From positions 25,258 to 89,257 of the IMG/VR virus record IMGVR_UViG_3300045921_000484: DNA of 64,000 nucleotides. One strand, given 5' to 3'. Positions 1-8,175 of this stretch are shown here, one piece after another (positions within the stretch are counted from its first letter, which is position 1; every line of letters begins with the position of its first letter). Under the pieces are notes generated by a model that ran no database searches, was not told where the DNA came from, and saw nothing but the letters and a program-made list of their open reading frames with translations. The position numbers and the translations under genes are program-made. The DNA is from a virus. Taxonomy: Duplodnaviria; Heunggongvirae; Uroviricota; Caudoviricetes.

Positions 1-99
1 ATCTTCATTTATAGTCCAATTTTGGATACCATATTCCTCACATATCGACTCAATATCTCCGGTAGATTCAAATAATCTATATTTAATTAAATATTTCAT
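1..99 (-). CDS. 5' part of an LRR-family paralog (runs off the left edge)
   Basis: Reverse strand reads MKYLIKYRLFESTGDIESICEEYGIQNWTINED, nearly identical to the N-terminus starting at 876; preceded by TTTAATATATA. Confidence 0.8.
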   Translation of the reverse strand, partial: MKYLIKYRLFESTGDIESICEEYGIQNWTINED

Positions 100-109
100 A
101 ATGTATATA

Positions 110-876
110 TTAAAGGATAAATTTATAATCCTTAATAACCCTTCTTAATTCTTCTTCACTTTTAGGCTTGCCTATTTGGTCTAGAAAATCGATTAATCTA
201 TTAAGAATAATTGAATCCCCTTGAATAATATCCATATCATTAAATAATTCTATTTTATCCTTATCCTCAAATAATTCCCATATCTGTTTTACTGGATTAT
301 TAACACAGTAGAAATATCCACCAATTGATTCCGGAGCACCTTCTAGTGAAATTAGTTTGTTATTGTGACAGTCGAAATGACCACCAACCGATTTAGGACC
401 GCCTTCTAGTGAGGTTAGGTTGTTATTGTAGCAGTTGAAATCCCTACCAACCGATTTAGGACCACCTTCTAGTGAGGTTAGGTTGTTATTGTAGCAGTTG
501 AAATCCCTACCAACCGATTTAGGACCACCTTCTAGTGAAGTTATTTTGTTATTGTGGCAGTAGAAATTCCACACGATCGATTTAGGGACTCCTTTTAGTG
601 AAGTTAGATTGTTATAGGAACAAATAAAATCCCCAAGAATCAATTTAGGACATCCCTCTAGTGAAGTTAGATTGTTACTGTAACAGTAGAAATTACCGGT
701 AACATTTCTAAATTTAATAGGTAGCTTATCTAATCCTTTTTTGGATAGATCACATTACCATTTACGTCAATAGATCCGTCTTCATTTATAGTCCAATTTT
801 GTATACCATATTTCTTGCAGATAGATTCAATATCCTGATTAGACTCAAATAATCTGTATTTAATTAGGTTTTTCAT
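110..876 (-). pseudogene. 21-aa leucine-rich-repeat protein interrupted by a 1-nt frameshift near 751-753
   Basis: ATG at 876 gives MKNLIKYRLFES...DGSIDVNGNV then a premature TAG. Shifting one base gives DLSKKGLDKLPIKFRNVTGNFYCYSNNLTSLEGCPK, in frame with track ORF 110..643. Seven units of VxGxFxCxxNxLxSLxGxP. Confidence 0.8.
384..538. repeat. 63-bp near-perfect tandem repeat (about 2.5 copies) encoding LRR units
   Basis: CCAACCGATTTAGGACC starts at 384, 447 and 510. Confidence 0.9.
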
Positions 877-1009
877 TTATTACTAATTGTTATTTTTTAT
901 ATAATCAATTATCATTGTGTGATAATCTATAATAGGTATTTCCTTAAATTCAACACATTCATGTTATTTAATTGGTTTTTTATTCTTACTTTAAGTCTTT
1001 CACAAGTTA

Positions 1010-2635
1010 TCACTCATTGTTTTTTTTATTAATTATGAATTTATAATGTCCGCTGTTATATACTCTATTAATCCCAAGCCTTCTCATGCATTCTTGTTCA
1101 GTCTCATTTTCTTTTAATAAATTAAGTTTTATTAAATTAGACTTTCTCCATTTGAATCTATGTTCTCTTTTATTATTAATTATATAATAATAAGTTGGCT
1201 TTATCATTGAATGGTATTTAAACCCAATTTTTAAATATAAATTACCATTACTGATATCACAATCCGAAAAACTAATAACTGTGTTAAATTTATAATTATT
1301 AATAAAATATTTTAATAATTTACTAGCTCCTCCAATAATTATGTTGTCCTTTTTAACTGCGTATCTAGTTAGTTCATAGTCATCTTTATTTAAAGAGCCA
1401 ATACCATATCTATTCTTACTGAATGTCATTAATGAAACAAGCTCATCATTATATAATAATCCTATCTTTATACTTGATTTACAATTTCCCTGTAAATGAT
1501 TTTCTTGTAAAAATTTTTTAGTAATTTTATTATCATTATATACAATTACTTTACATTTTCTTGCAAATATTTTTTTATTTGTCAATCCTAGTTTATTTTT
1601 TATGATAGATTTTAATATATCCTTCTTATATAACCAATCATCCTCCCATATTTGGAATAATTTAATGCCACATTCTTTTGATTTTATATACTTTTTATTA
1701 TGATAAAATTTATCTTTATAAAGTTCGGAATGCCACCAAACACCATTAAATTCAAATCCTATTTTTAAATCAGGTAAATATATATCAATCTCATAAGGAT
1801 CAATTACATTTCTTACATTTCTTAATATTGTCCCATCATATATAGAGTTTATAAAATCGAAAATTTCATCTTCTTTAGAAGATCTGTTATTAATTGGATT
1901 GCAAATTGTACATAAATCTACATTATAAACATTAAGTCTTTTATATAAAACATCATTATTTATGGTATAGGTGTGATTATTTTTACAATTAATAATATAG
2001 TTATTATCATTGTCAATGGATATTAAATCTATATTAAGCCTTTTTAATTCTAGAATTCTATTATTTAGGAAATTTATATTATTATATTGTCTATAATAGT
2101 TATTTTTATTAGATTTAAAATAGTCTGTTTTGAAAAAAACAACATTTCCATATCTATCATTTATTGTTTTTTTAACTTTTTGATAAATTTCTTTATTCTT
2201 AGTTGGATTATCAACTCCATATTTTTCTAAGCAAGTTTTTTTAACTGATTTTTTAAATGAATCTAACGTGTTTGGATATTTAACTCCGTATTTTATAAGA
2301 TTTGATTCCTCTCTTTTAAGTAATATTTCTTTACTTTTAGTTGGATTATCAACACCATATCTTTCTAAACAGGTTTTTTTATTTTTTACTTGAGAACATT
2401 TAGATGAACAACAATATAGATCTCCATTTATATAAGATTTATAATATTCTCTCCAAATTATTTCTTTTTCCTTGAAACAAATATCACATTTAACATTTAT
2501 TTTTAAATGTGAACCCGGTATTAAATCCTTGGTATTTATTCTCAACTTCTTATCTGTTATATTATAACCCTTACTTTTATAGTATTCTATGTTTTTTTTA
2601 TTAACAGTTATAACAACATATTCATCAATTATCAT
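1010..2635 (-). CDS. Free-standing homing-endonuclease-like protein (KYGVDNP repeats + Vsr/EDxHD-type nuclease + GNAT-like C-terminal domain)
   Basis: Repeated xxKYGVDNPxKxxE; EIDIYLPDLKIGFEFNGVWWH; C-terminal IIGGASKLLKYF...GNLYLKIGF. Confidence 0.7.
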   Translation of the reverse strand: MIIDEYVVITVNKKNIEYYKSKGYNITDKKLRINTKDLIPGSHLKINVKCDICFKEKEIIWREYYKSYINGDLYCCSSKCSQVKNKKTCLERYGVDNPTKSKEILLKREESNLIKYGVKYPNTLDSFKKSVKKTCLEKYGVDNPTKNKEIYQKVKKTINDRYGNVVFFKTDYFKSNKNNYYRQYNNINFLNNRILELKRLNIDLISIDNDNNYIINCKNNHTYTINNDVLYKRLNVYNVDLCTICNPINNRSSKEDEIFDFINSIYDGTILRNVRNVIDPYEIDIYLPDLKIGFEFNGVWWHSELYKDKFYHNKKYIKSKECGIKLFQIWEDDWLYKKDILKSIIKNKLGLTNKKIFARKCKVIVYNDNKITKKFLQENHLQGNCKSSIKIGLLYNDELVSLMTFSKNRYGIGSLNKDDYELTRYAVKKDNIIIGGASKLLKYFINNYKFNTVISFSDCDISNGNLYLKIGFKYHSMIKPTYYYIINNKREHRFKWRKSNLIKLNLLKENETEQECMRRLGINRVYNSGHYKFIINKKNNE

Positions 2636-2642
2636 AATATAT

Positions 2643-3260
2643 TTATTTTATAGGGCAATGTGATGCTGAGTATATAAATTTATGATTCCTCTTTATGTTA
2701 TTACCTAATGATAATGCTGTAACATAAATGTCTTCTAAACATTCAGAATCACTTCCACCTACAATATATATTAATTTATTTTTATTTGTTTTTAATAGAT
2801 TATATAGTTTTATTGGAACATGAAACCATCTATGATTATTTCCTACATAAACAATAGCTGTTCCTTCGGTTGTTTTAAACATATCTCCCTTTTTTATTGT
2901 TTTATTTTTCTCTTTTTCTTTTAACTCTCTATAAGTATCTTTATCTAGAATTTTTTTATAGAAGTCAACATTTACATTGTAGTTATATCTCTTCTCGATC
3001 AAATCCTTTTGATTTGGGAAGTGATATAGATCATCATGTATAGGTATCTCAGGAGTGTGTTTATATAGGTAATCTTTATCAACGTGTTTACCATCGACAT
3101 GATTATCCCATATTTGATATACACTATTAAATTTTTGACAATACTTCTTTAATTCATTCAGATACTTCTCAGTAAAAAACTTTTTAAATGATTTCTGAAC
3201 ATCAACAATTATTAATATTGAACTATCAGAGTAATTTTCATATGTCTTAATATATCTCAT
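2643..3260 (-). CDS. Isochorismatase/nicotinamidase-like cysteine hydrolase with a CTS-like N-terminus
   Basis: ILIIVDVQKSF and IVGGSDSECLED match the Asp and Cys motifs of the family; likely start MRYIKTYENY at 3260 after TTTTAATATATA. Confidence 0.55.
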   Translation of the reverse strand: MRYIKTYENYSDSSILIIVDVQKSFKKFFTEKYLNELKKYCQKFNSVYQIWDNHVDGKHVDKDYLYKHTPEIPIHDDLYHFPNQKDLIEKRYNYNVNVDFYKKILDKDTYRELKEKEKNKTIKKGDMFKTTEGTAIVYVGNNHRWFHVPIKLYNLLKTNKNKLIYIVGGSDSECLEDIYVTALSLGNNIKRNHKFIYSASHCPIK

Positions 3261-3328
3261 TGTATTATATATTAAAATATAAAAACCCATCATTTCTGAT
3301 GGGTTTATATTTTAATAACTTTATTAAA

Positions 3329-3949
3329 TTAAAGTGGAAGTTCTTCTTCACCACCTTCTTCAGTTTCTTCCTCTTCTTGAGCTTGAGCTTGACTTTGTCC
3401 TTGAGCTTGACTTTGTCCTTGAGCTTGACTTTGTCCTTGAGCTTGACTTTGTCCTTGAGCTTGACTTTGTCCTTGAGCTTGACTTTGTCCTTGAGCTTGA
3501 CTTTGTCCTTGAGCTTGTGGTTCTTCGAATTCATCTTGGTCTTCTTGACCACCTTCAGTTTGAACTTGAACTTGTGATTTAGATTGTCCTTGACTTTGTG
3601 TTTCAGTTTCTGTCTGTGTTTGAGCTTTTGTTTCAGTTTGTGTCTGTGCTTGACCTTGTCCTTGAACTCCACCAATTATTGCATCAGCTGGGATTTTATC
3701 AACATCTAAATTGTTAAGATTGATATACTTTATTATTTCTTCAGCTATATCAACATCTCCAAAGAATTGTCGTAAATTTTTACCAGTATTATCTTTAACC
3801 TTTTTAACATAAGCATTTATTAATGATTGAGGAATATCAATCATTGTTTTTACTTTGTATATATCGTTCACCTGAAGAACAGATTCTTTAATAATTTCTT
3901 CTCTATTTTTTCTGATACGATAGCTTTCAAATGTTCTAATATGCTTCAT
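3329..3949 (-). CDS. Hypothetical (putative head-associated) protein with a Gln-rich repeat and acidic tail
   Basis: Starts MKHIRTFESY; (GQSQAQ)x7; ends EEEETEEGGEEELPL. Confidence 0.8.
   Translation of the reverse strand: MKHIRTFESYRIRKNREEIIKESVLQVNDIYKVKTMIDIPQSLINAYVKKVKDNTGKNLRQFFGDVDIAEEIIKYINLNNLDVDKIPADAIIGGVQGQGQAQTQTETKAQTQTETETQSQGQSKSQVQVQTEGGQEDQDEFEEPQAQGQSQAQGQSQAQGQSQAQGQSQAQGQSQAQGQSQAQGQSQAQAQEEEETEEGGEEELPL
3383..3517. repeat. Perfect 18-bp tandem repeat, 7.5 copies (TTGAGCTTGACTTTGTCC)
   Basis: Read directly; encodes GQSQAQ on the minus strand. Confidence 0.95.
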
Positions 3950-3994
3950 TTTTTATACTATATTTTTTATAACTTATATATTAAAGTTAAAAAG

Positions 3995-4504
3995 TCATTT
4001 TTTTTCATTTGATATTATAATAAGAATACCACCTACTACACCTACTCCACCTACTACAAAACCAACAACTTTTTGAAATTTGTGTTTTTTAATTTCTTTT
4101 TTAAGTATTTTTATTTCTTCATCCTTGTTGTTTTTTTGATATTCACATAGGTCACTACTAGATTTTTCGTTATCTAATTGTTGTTGAAGGTTATCTATTT
4201 GTTTATCCTTATCATTTAATTGTTCTTTTAATGTCTTAACATTCAATTCTAACAATATTACTTGATTGTTTAGTTTATCAATAACTTTTAGGTAAGCAGT
4301 ATTTAGGCTATCACACTGAAGTCCTTGTTTTTCAAATAGTTTTAGTAATTCTAATTTATTATCTACCATTTGTGCTTGATGGATTGTCATAACTAGAATT
4401 TTATTACCTAGCGAATCTGTTTCTATTCTTGGATATTCTATTGTCTGTGAGAACGATAAAATAGTAAATAGCGATAATATAACTGTAACTATATTCTTTT
4501 TCAT
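3995..4504 (-). CDS. Exported coiled-coil protein with signal peptide and C-terminal hydrophobic anchor
   Basis: MKKNIVTVILSLFTILSFS|Q; heptad-rich middle; C-terminal VVGFVVGGVGVVGGILIII. Confidence 0.7.
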   Translation of the reverse strand: MKKNIVTVILSLFTILSFSQTIEYPRIETDSLGNKILVMTIHQAQMVDNKLELLKLFEKQGLQCDSLNTAYLKVIDKLNNQVILLELNVKTLKEQLNDKDKQIDNLQQQLDNEKSSSDLCEYQKNNKDEEIKILKKEIKKHKFQKVVGFVVGGVGVVGGILIIISNEKK

Positions 4505-4509
4505 AATTA

Positions 4510-4920
4510 TTATTTTAGTTTTTCTTTAAGAGATTTTAATAGATCTTCATCATCTCTCTTGATGGGATTCTTTTTTAACTCTTCAATTTTTTTCTTAGTC
4601 TCCGCTAAGTCCTTCCTATATACATTTACTATAGCGTTTGCTGCATCTAAATCTCTTTTTGTTTTTAATAGATGTTCTTCGATATCTTTTATCTTCCTAT
4701 CTCTTTCATCAATTTTTTTTTGAATCTTATCAAATTCCGCTGATAGGTATTTATTGGCTAAATCTAAAGAGTCCCTAATTTTTTCTATCCTTAGATTCTC
4801 TTTTTCTAGTTGTTTGATTTTTTCCTTTGTTTCGGAACCCTTGAAGAACCACATTCCGAAAAATAAAATACAAGTTCCGGTAAGTACCAATATAGCTATC
4901 CATTTAACATCTAATTTCAT
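4510..4920 (-). CDS. N-terminally membrane-anchored coiled-coil protein (i-spanin-like topology)
   Basis: KWIAILVLTGTCILFFGMWFF followed by a long coiled coil; likely start at 4920. Confidence 0.65.
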   Translation of the reverse strand: MKLDVKWIAILVLTGTCILFFGMWFFKGSETKEKIKQLEKENLRIEKIRDSLDLANKYLSAEFDKIQKKIDERDRKIKDIEEHLLKTKRDLDAANAIVNVYRKDLAETKKKIEELKKNPIKRDDEDLLKSLKEKLK

Positions 4921-4991
4921 AAATTTATTAAATTTTAAGATTATATATAAAAAATACATGGTCCCAACTTTAAAAAATGATATATTATATT

Positions 4992-4999
4992 TATATTTG
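4992..4999 (+). promoter_or_regulatory. Bacteroidota-type -7 promoter element TATATTTG
   Basis: Matches TAnnTTTG, about 20 nt upstream of the ATG at 5019; same octamer in intergenic positions at 12834-12841 (-), 13252-13259 (-), 51019-51026 (+), 53748-53755 (+). Confidence 0.6.
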
Positions 5000-5018
5000 T
5001 AAATTAATTTATAAATTT

Positions 5019-5603
5019 ATGATTGATAAAATAATATGCTTTGATTTTGATGGTACCCTATTTCACACATTTGATCGGTGTCAAGGTGAGAAAGTTTTTA
5101 AGGAAAAAACAGGATTGGATTGGCCGTATAATGGTTGGTGGGGTAAGCCAGAGAGTATAGATATGGATATATTTCATATTCCATTAAATGGTTGGGTGTA
5201 TCAGAGATATTTAGAGGCTGTTTCTGACCCCACAGCTCATGTTATTCTAGCAACAGGTCGTTTGGAAAAACCTATCTACATGAGGGAGAATATTGAGAGA
5301 ATTTTAGATTATCATAATCTTTCATTTGATGTTTTTGAACCTCTTAATGTTATAGAGATAGGTTCTCCCTCTAGGGTGGTTATTAGAAACGGTGTTTATC
5401 TGAATACAGGTGGAGATACATTTATGTTCAAGACTCGATTATTTGAGGATATGATGAGAAAGATGAAAGTAAATGAGTTATTGATTTATGATGATAGACA
5501 TGAACATTTGTGTAAGTTTAGTGATTGGGCTCATAAACAATCAAACTCAAAAATCACAATTTGTGATGTAGTAAATAAGAAATTTAAAACAATCGAAAAA
5601 TAA
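5019..5603 (+). CDS. HAD-superfamily phosphatase (HAD_SAK RNA-repair-like)
   Basis: CFDFDGTLF (motif I), GWWGKP, VILATGR (motif II), LIYDDR (motif IV). Confidence 0.7.
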   Translation: MIDKIICFDFDGTLFHTFDRCQGEKVFKEKTGLDWPYNGWWGKPESIDMDIFHIPLNGWVYQRYLEAVSDPTAHVILATGRLEKPIYMRENIERILDYHNLSFDVFEPLNVIEIGSPSRVVIRNGVYLNTGGDTFMFKTRLFEDMMRKMKVNELLIYDDRHEHLCKFSDWAHKQSNSKITICDVVNKKFKTIEK

Positions 5604-5647
5604 TAAATATAAATAAATATATAGTTAAAATTAAAAAAAAAACAGAT

Positions 5648-5929
5648 ATGGCTACAATTACAAAGAAGAAAACAGAATCAAAGGTTGATGAGATTCTATC
5701 TAAACCTTATCGTTTAATTCTACACAACGATGATTATAACACATTTGATTGGGTTATTACTTGTCTTATGAAGGTTTGTAATCATGAATTAGAGCAAGCA
5801 ACTCAGTGTGCACATATTGTTCATTATCGAGGTAAATGTGATATTAAGTATGGTGAATTTGAAATAATTTCAGAAATGAAAGATAAGTTGAAAAATGCTG
5901 GTCTTTCTGTCACAATAGAATCTAATTAA
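5648..5929 (+). CDS. clpS: ATP-dependent Clp protease adaptor ClpS
   Basis: YRLILHNDDYNTFDWVITCL...AHIVHYRGKC is the ClpS signature. Confidence 0.9.
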   Translation: MATITKKKTESKVDEILSKPYRLILHNDDYNTFDWVITCLMKVCNHELEQATQCAHIVHYRGKCDIKYGEFEIISEMKDKLKNAGLSVTIESN

Positions 5930-5930
5930 T

Positions 5931-5954
5931 AAACCCCTGTTGAGGGGTTTTTTT
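5931..5954. terminator. Bidirectional intrinsic terminator
   Basis: AAACCCCT-GTTG-AGGGGTTT(TTTT) between convergent clpS and terL-C. Confidence 0.8.
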
Positions 5955-8175
5955 ATTTCTTTCCAAACCAATTTACTCTACCTCCCTTATATCTATTCAT
6001 TTGTTGTCTTCTAACTTTTAGTACTTGACTATAATCAACTCCTTCTACATAGTCTATATTCCTTAGACACTCATTTACATAGTTCATGAACTCTTTATCA
6101 ACAAACTTATTAGCCCAATCTTCAACCATTTCTTTATATTCGTATTTATTGAATACTGTTGTTGAGTTTACTATTGTCATGACACAATCATCATGTCCAA
6201 CGTCTGCGGCATATTTTATATTGCCAGCTGTTGTAACATGCTTAACAAATGTCGTTATCTCTCTAATATTATCTTCATTGGTTATTAAGAATCCTTTCCT
6301 CATCATTAAATCTTGATAGTCCTTAACCATTAGGTTCTTATTGTCTCCAACTTTTAGACCAATTTTTTCTTCATTTGAGTCAGACCTGTGTTTATATCTA
6401 AAGAATACAGAGGAACCGTAGTTATTGTTGCCATCAAAAACGTGTGGCATTTCTGCTAATAGTGTATTACCATAGTTATTCAATTCCAAAACTATCTTCA
6501 CATTATCAGGATTTAAATATTCGAATACAATCATGTAAAGTAGTTCAGCTAACTGTTTTACAGATATAATGTTACTTCTGTAAATACCTATTTGCTCAAG
6601 TCTAAAGAAGTCTGATATTGACTTATAAGATGCTTTTTGAATCTCTATTAGTTCTTTAGGCTTCTGTGATATTTTAAATATGTTTATAACTGAGTAATCT
6701 TGACCCAATCCTTCTGATATATCCACCGATATTATTATCTTATAGTCTTTTCTCATTAATGGTATAAACGATTCATCATCTACCCATTTTAAGTCAGAGT
6801 AATTAAATTTAAGTTTTCTGTCAAATTCTGGAATTTGTTCAAATACATAATTCTTCTTACCCTTCAATAATTCATCTATTATACTCTCACTTAAAAGTGA
6901 TTTACTTGAGTTTATAAATCTTAAACCATACTCTTGATTAAACGCATCTTCACCTCCTATATCTTTAATAGCTTCTTCCTTCCAGGTTGTTATTTCGGAT
7001 ATTGCTCTTATTGATACTTCGTGTCCATTTTTATCTATAAAGGTCATTGATCTCACATCATCCTCTGAACAAGATTCGTTATTATAGACATATATAACAT
7101 CTTTTAATTTGTCAACAATATATTTCATCTCTACTTTGGTTACATTTCCCCAAGTATCGTTTACTAACTTGAATATATCTTCTTTTGTTACACCATATTC
7201 ATGTAGTTTATGATTATTTAATCGTATATATGTTAGGAATCGACCAGGTACCTGATACCAATAAACCCTCATAGGCTTATAGTTATTCTTTTGTGGATCA
7301 CCATCTGGTCTTTCAGCATCTGTTAATAACTTATGAAATAGATTCATGCCATTTGGTGTTGATGTTATTATAATTTTTGAGTTGTTAACGGCAGATACGG
7401 TCGGGAAGGCTGCAGTATAGTATGGTTCTATGATATTTGATGGAATGTGAGCGAATTCATCTAAGTAAAGAACGTCAATGGTAAAACCTATAGCTGGCGT
7501 CTTTGTTCTTGCGGATGTTTTAATTCTACATCCATTCTCAAAGGTTAGTGATTTTTGATTCCAAGTTTTAATACCTGGTTTTAAGAAGAATGGTAGTAGA
7601 GTATAGATTGATTTAATCTTATCTACAATTTCCACAGCAGTATCACCCTTGTTAGCTACAATCATTATATTCTTATCATTATTGAATAGAATAGTATGTA
7701 ACATGAAGATTGATGATGATATAGTATTGTGTGACAGTATACCATTTGTAAAAAATCTATGGTTTGGATGAACAACCGTTAAGTCAAACATTGATGTTTT
7801 GTGATTGTCCGAAAATATTTCTTTAATAATACTATTTCCTTTTTCAGTTTTTATTATATCACCAACTCTTAAATCTTTAGTAAATATTTCATTGAATTCA
7901 CTATCAAATAATATGTGATTATCGGCACAAGTTAGTTTAAACCCATCTTCTGTAACTATATTATAATGTTTATATGGTTGAGTTATATGTATATTTGAAA
8001 CAGGTTCATATCCGGTATCAGTTTTAACCTTTATATTCATTAAGCATATAGAATTTAATATCTTTTTACTAATATCATCTTCATCTAAAGATATATTCCT
8101 ATATTCATACTTCTCTATTAATTCAATTGTATATTTAATAGTAATTATTAAATATTTTTTAAAAAATTTAAACAT
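5953..8175 (-). CDS. terL: Terminase large subunit, C-terminal gene (split-intein C part + ATPase remainder + RNase H-like nuclease)
   Basis: After ...GILSHN|T: NIMIVANK, Walker B VLYLDEFAH, IITSTPNG, nuclease ISVDISEGLGQDYS and HDDCVM, as in T4 gp17. Confidence 0.93.
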   Translation of the reverse strand: MFKFFKKYLIITIKYTIELIEKYEYRNISLDEDDISKKILNSICLMNIKVKTDTGYEPVSNIHITQPYKHYNIVTEDGFKLTCADNHILFDSEFNEIFTKDLRVGDIIKTEKGNSIIKEIFSDNHKTSMFDLTVVHPNHRFFTNGILSHNTISSSIFMLHTILFNNDKNIMIVANKGDTAVEIVDKIKSIYTLLPFFLKPGIKTWNQKSLTFENGCRIKTSARTKTPAIGFTIDVLYLDEFAHIPSNIIEPYYTAAFPTVSAVNNSKIIITSTPNGMNLFHKLLTDAERPDGDPQKNNYKPMRVYWYQVPGRFLTYIRLNNHKLHEYGVTKEDIFKLVNDTWGNVTKVEMKYIVDKLKDVIYVYNNESCSEDDVRSMTFIDKNGHEVSIRAISEITTWKEEAIKDIGGEDAFNQEYGLRFINSSKSLLSESIIDELLKGKKNYVFEQIPEFDRKLKFNYSDLKWVDDESFIPLMRKDYKIIISVDISEGLGQDYSVINIFKISQKPKELIEIQKASYKSISDFFRLEQIGIYRSNIISVKQLAELLYMIVFEYLNPDNVKIVLELNNYGNTLLAEMPHVFDGNNNYGSSVFFRYKHRSDSNEEKIGLKVGDNKNLMVKDYQDLMMRKGFLITNEDNIREITTFVKHVTTAGNIKYAADVGHDDCVMTIVNSTTVFNKYEYKEMVEDWANKFVDKEFMNYVNECLRNIDYVEGVDYSQVLKVRRQQMNRYKGGRVNWFGKK
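7726..8175 (-). other. Split intein C-fragment (150 aa)
   Basis: Block B-like LTCADNH, block F MFDLTV, terminal His-Asn followed by +1 Thr. Confidence 0.9.

Noticed and set aside
730-760. TAG recoding (alternative genetic code) to explain the premature stop in the LRR gene
   Set aside because: The downstream LRR body is in a different frame, so readthrough would not help. Several intact genes end in TAG (16555, 42510, 54730) and long ORFs are continuous in the standard code.
110-876. Diversity-generating retroelement acting on the LRR gene
   Set aside because: No reverse transcriptase or template/variable repeat pair in the window; the duplicated units differ only at a synonymous site.
880-1009. 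Short interrupted reading frame (…HECVEFKEIPIIDYHTMIIDYIKNNN) between the endonuclease and LRR genes
   Set aside because: Might be a gene remnant left by the endonuclease insertion, but there is no start and no recognisable homology.
384-3517. 63-bp and 18-bp repeats as a possible CRISPR array
   Set aside because: Head-to-tail repeats with no unique spacers, in frame inside CDSs; no cas genes.
3260-3675. Overlapping ORFs 3260..3577 (+), 3265..3675 (-) and 3334..3582 (+) with LSLTLS, KLKDKV and LELDFV repeats
   Set aside because: Shadow frames of the 18-bp repeat. Only 3329..3949 has a plausible start, promoter and non-repetitive body.
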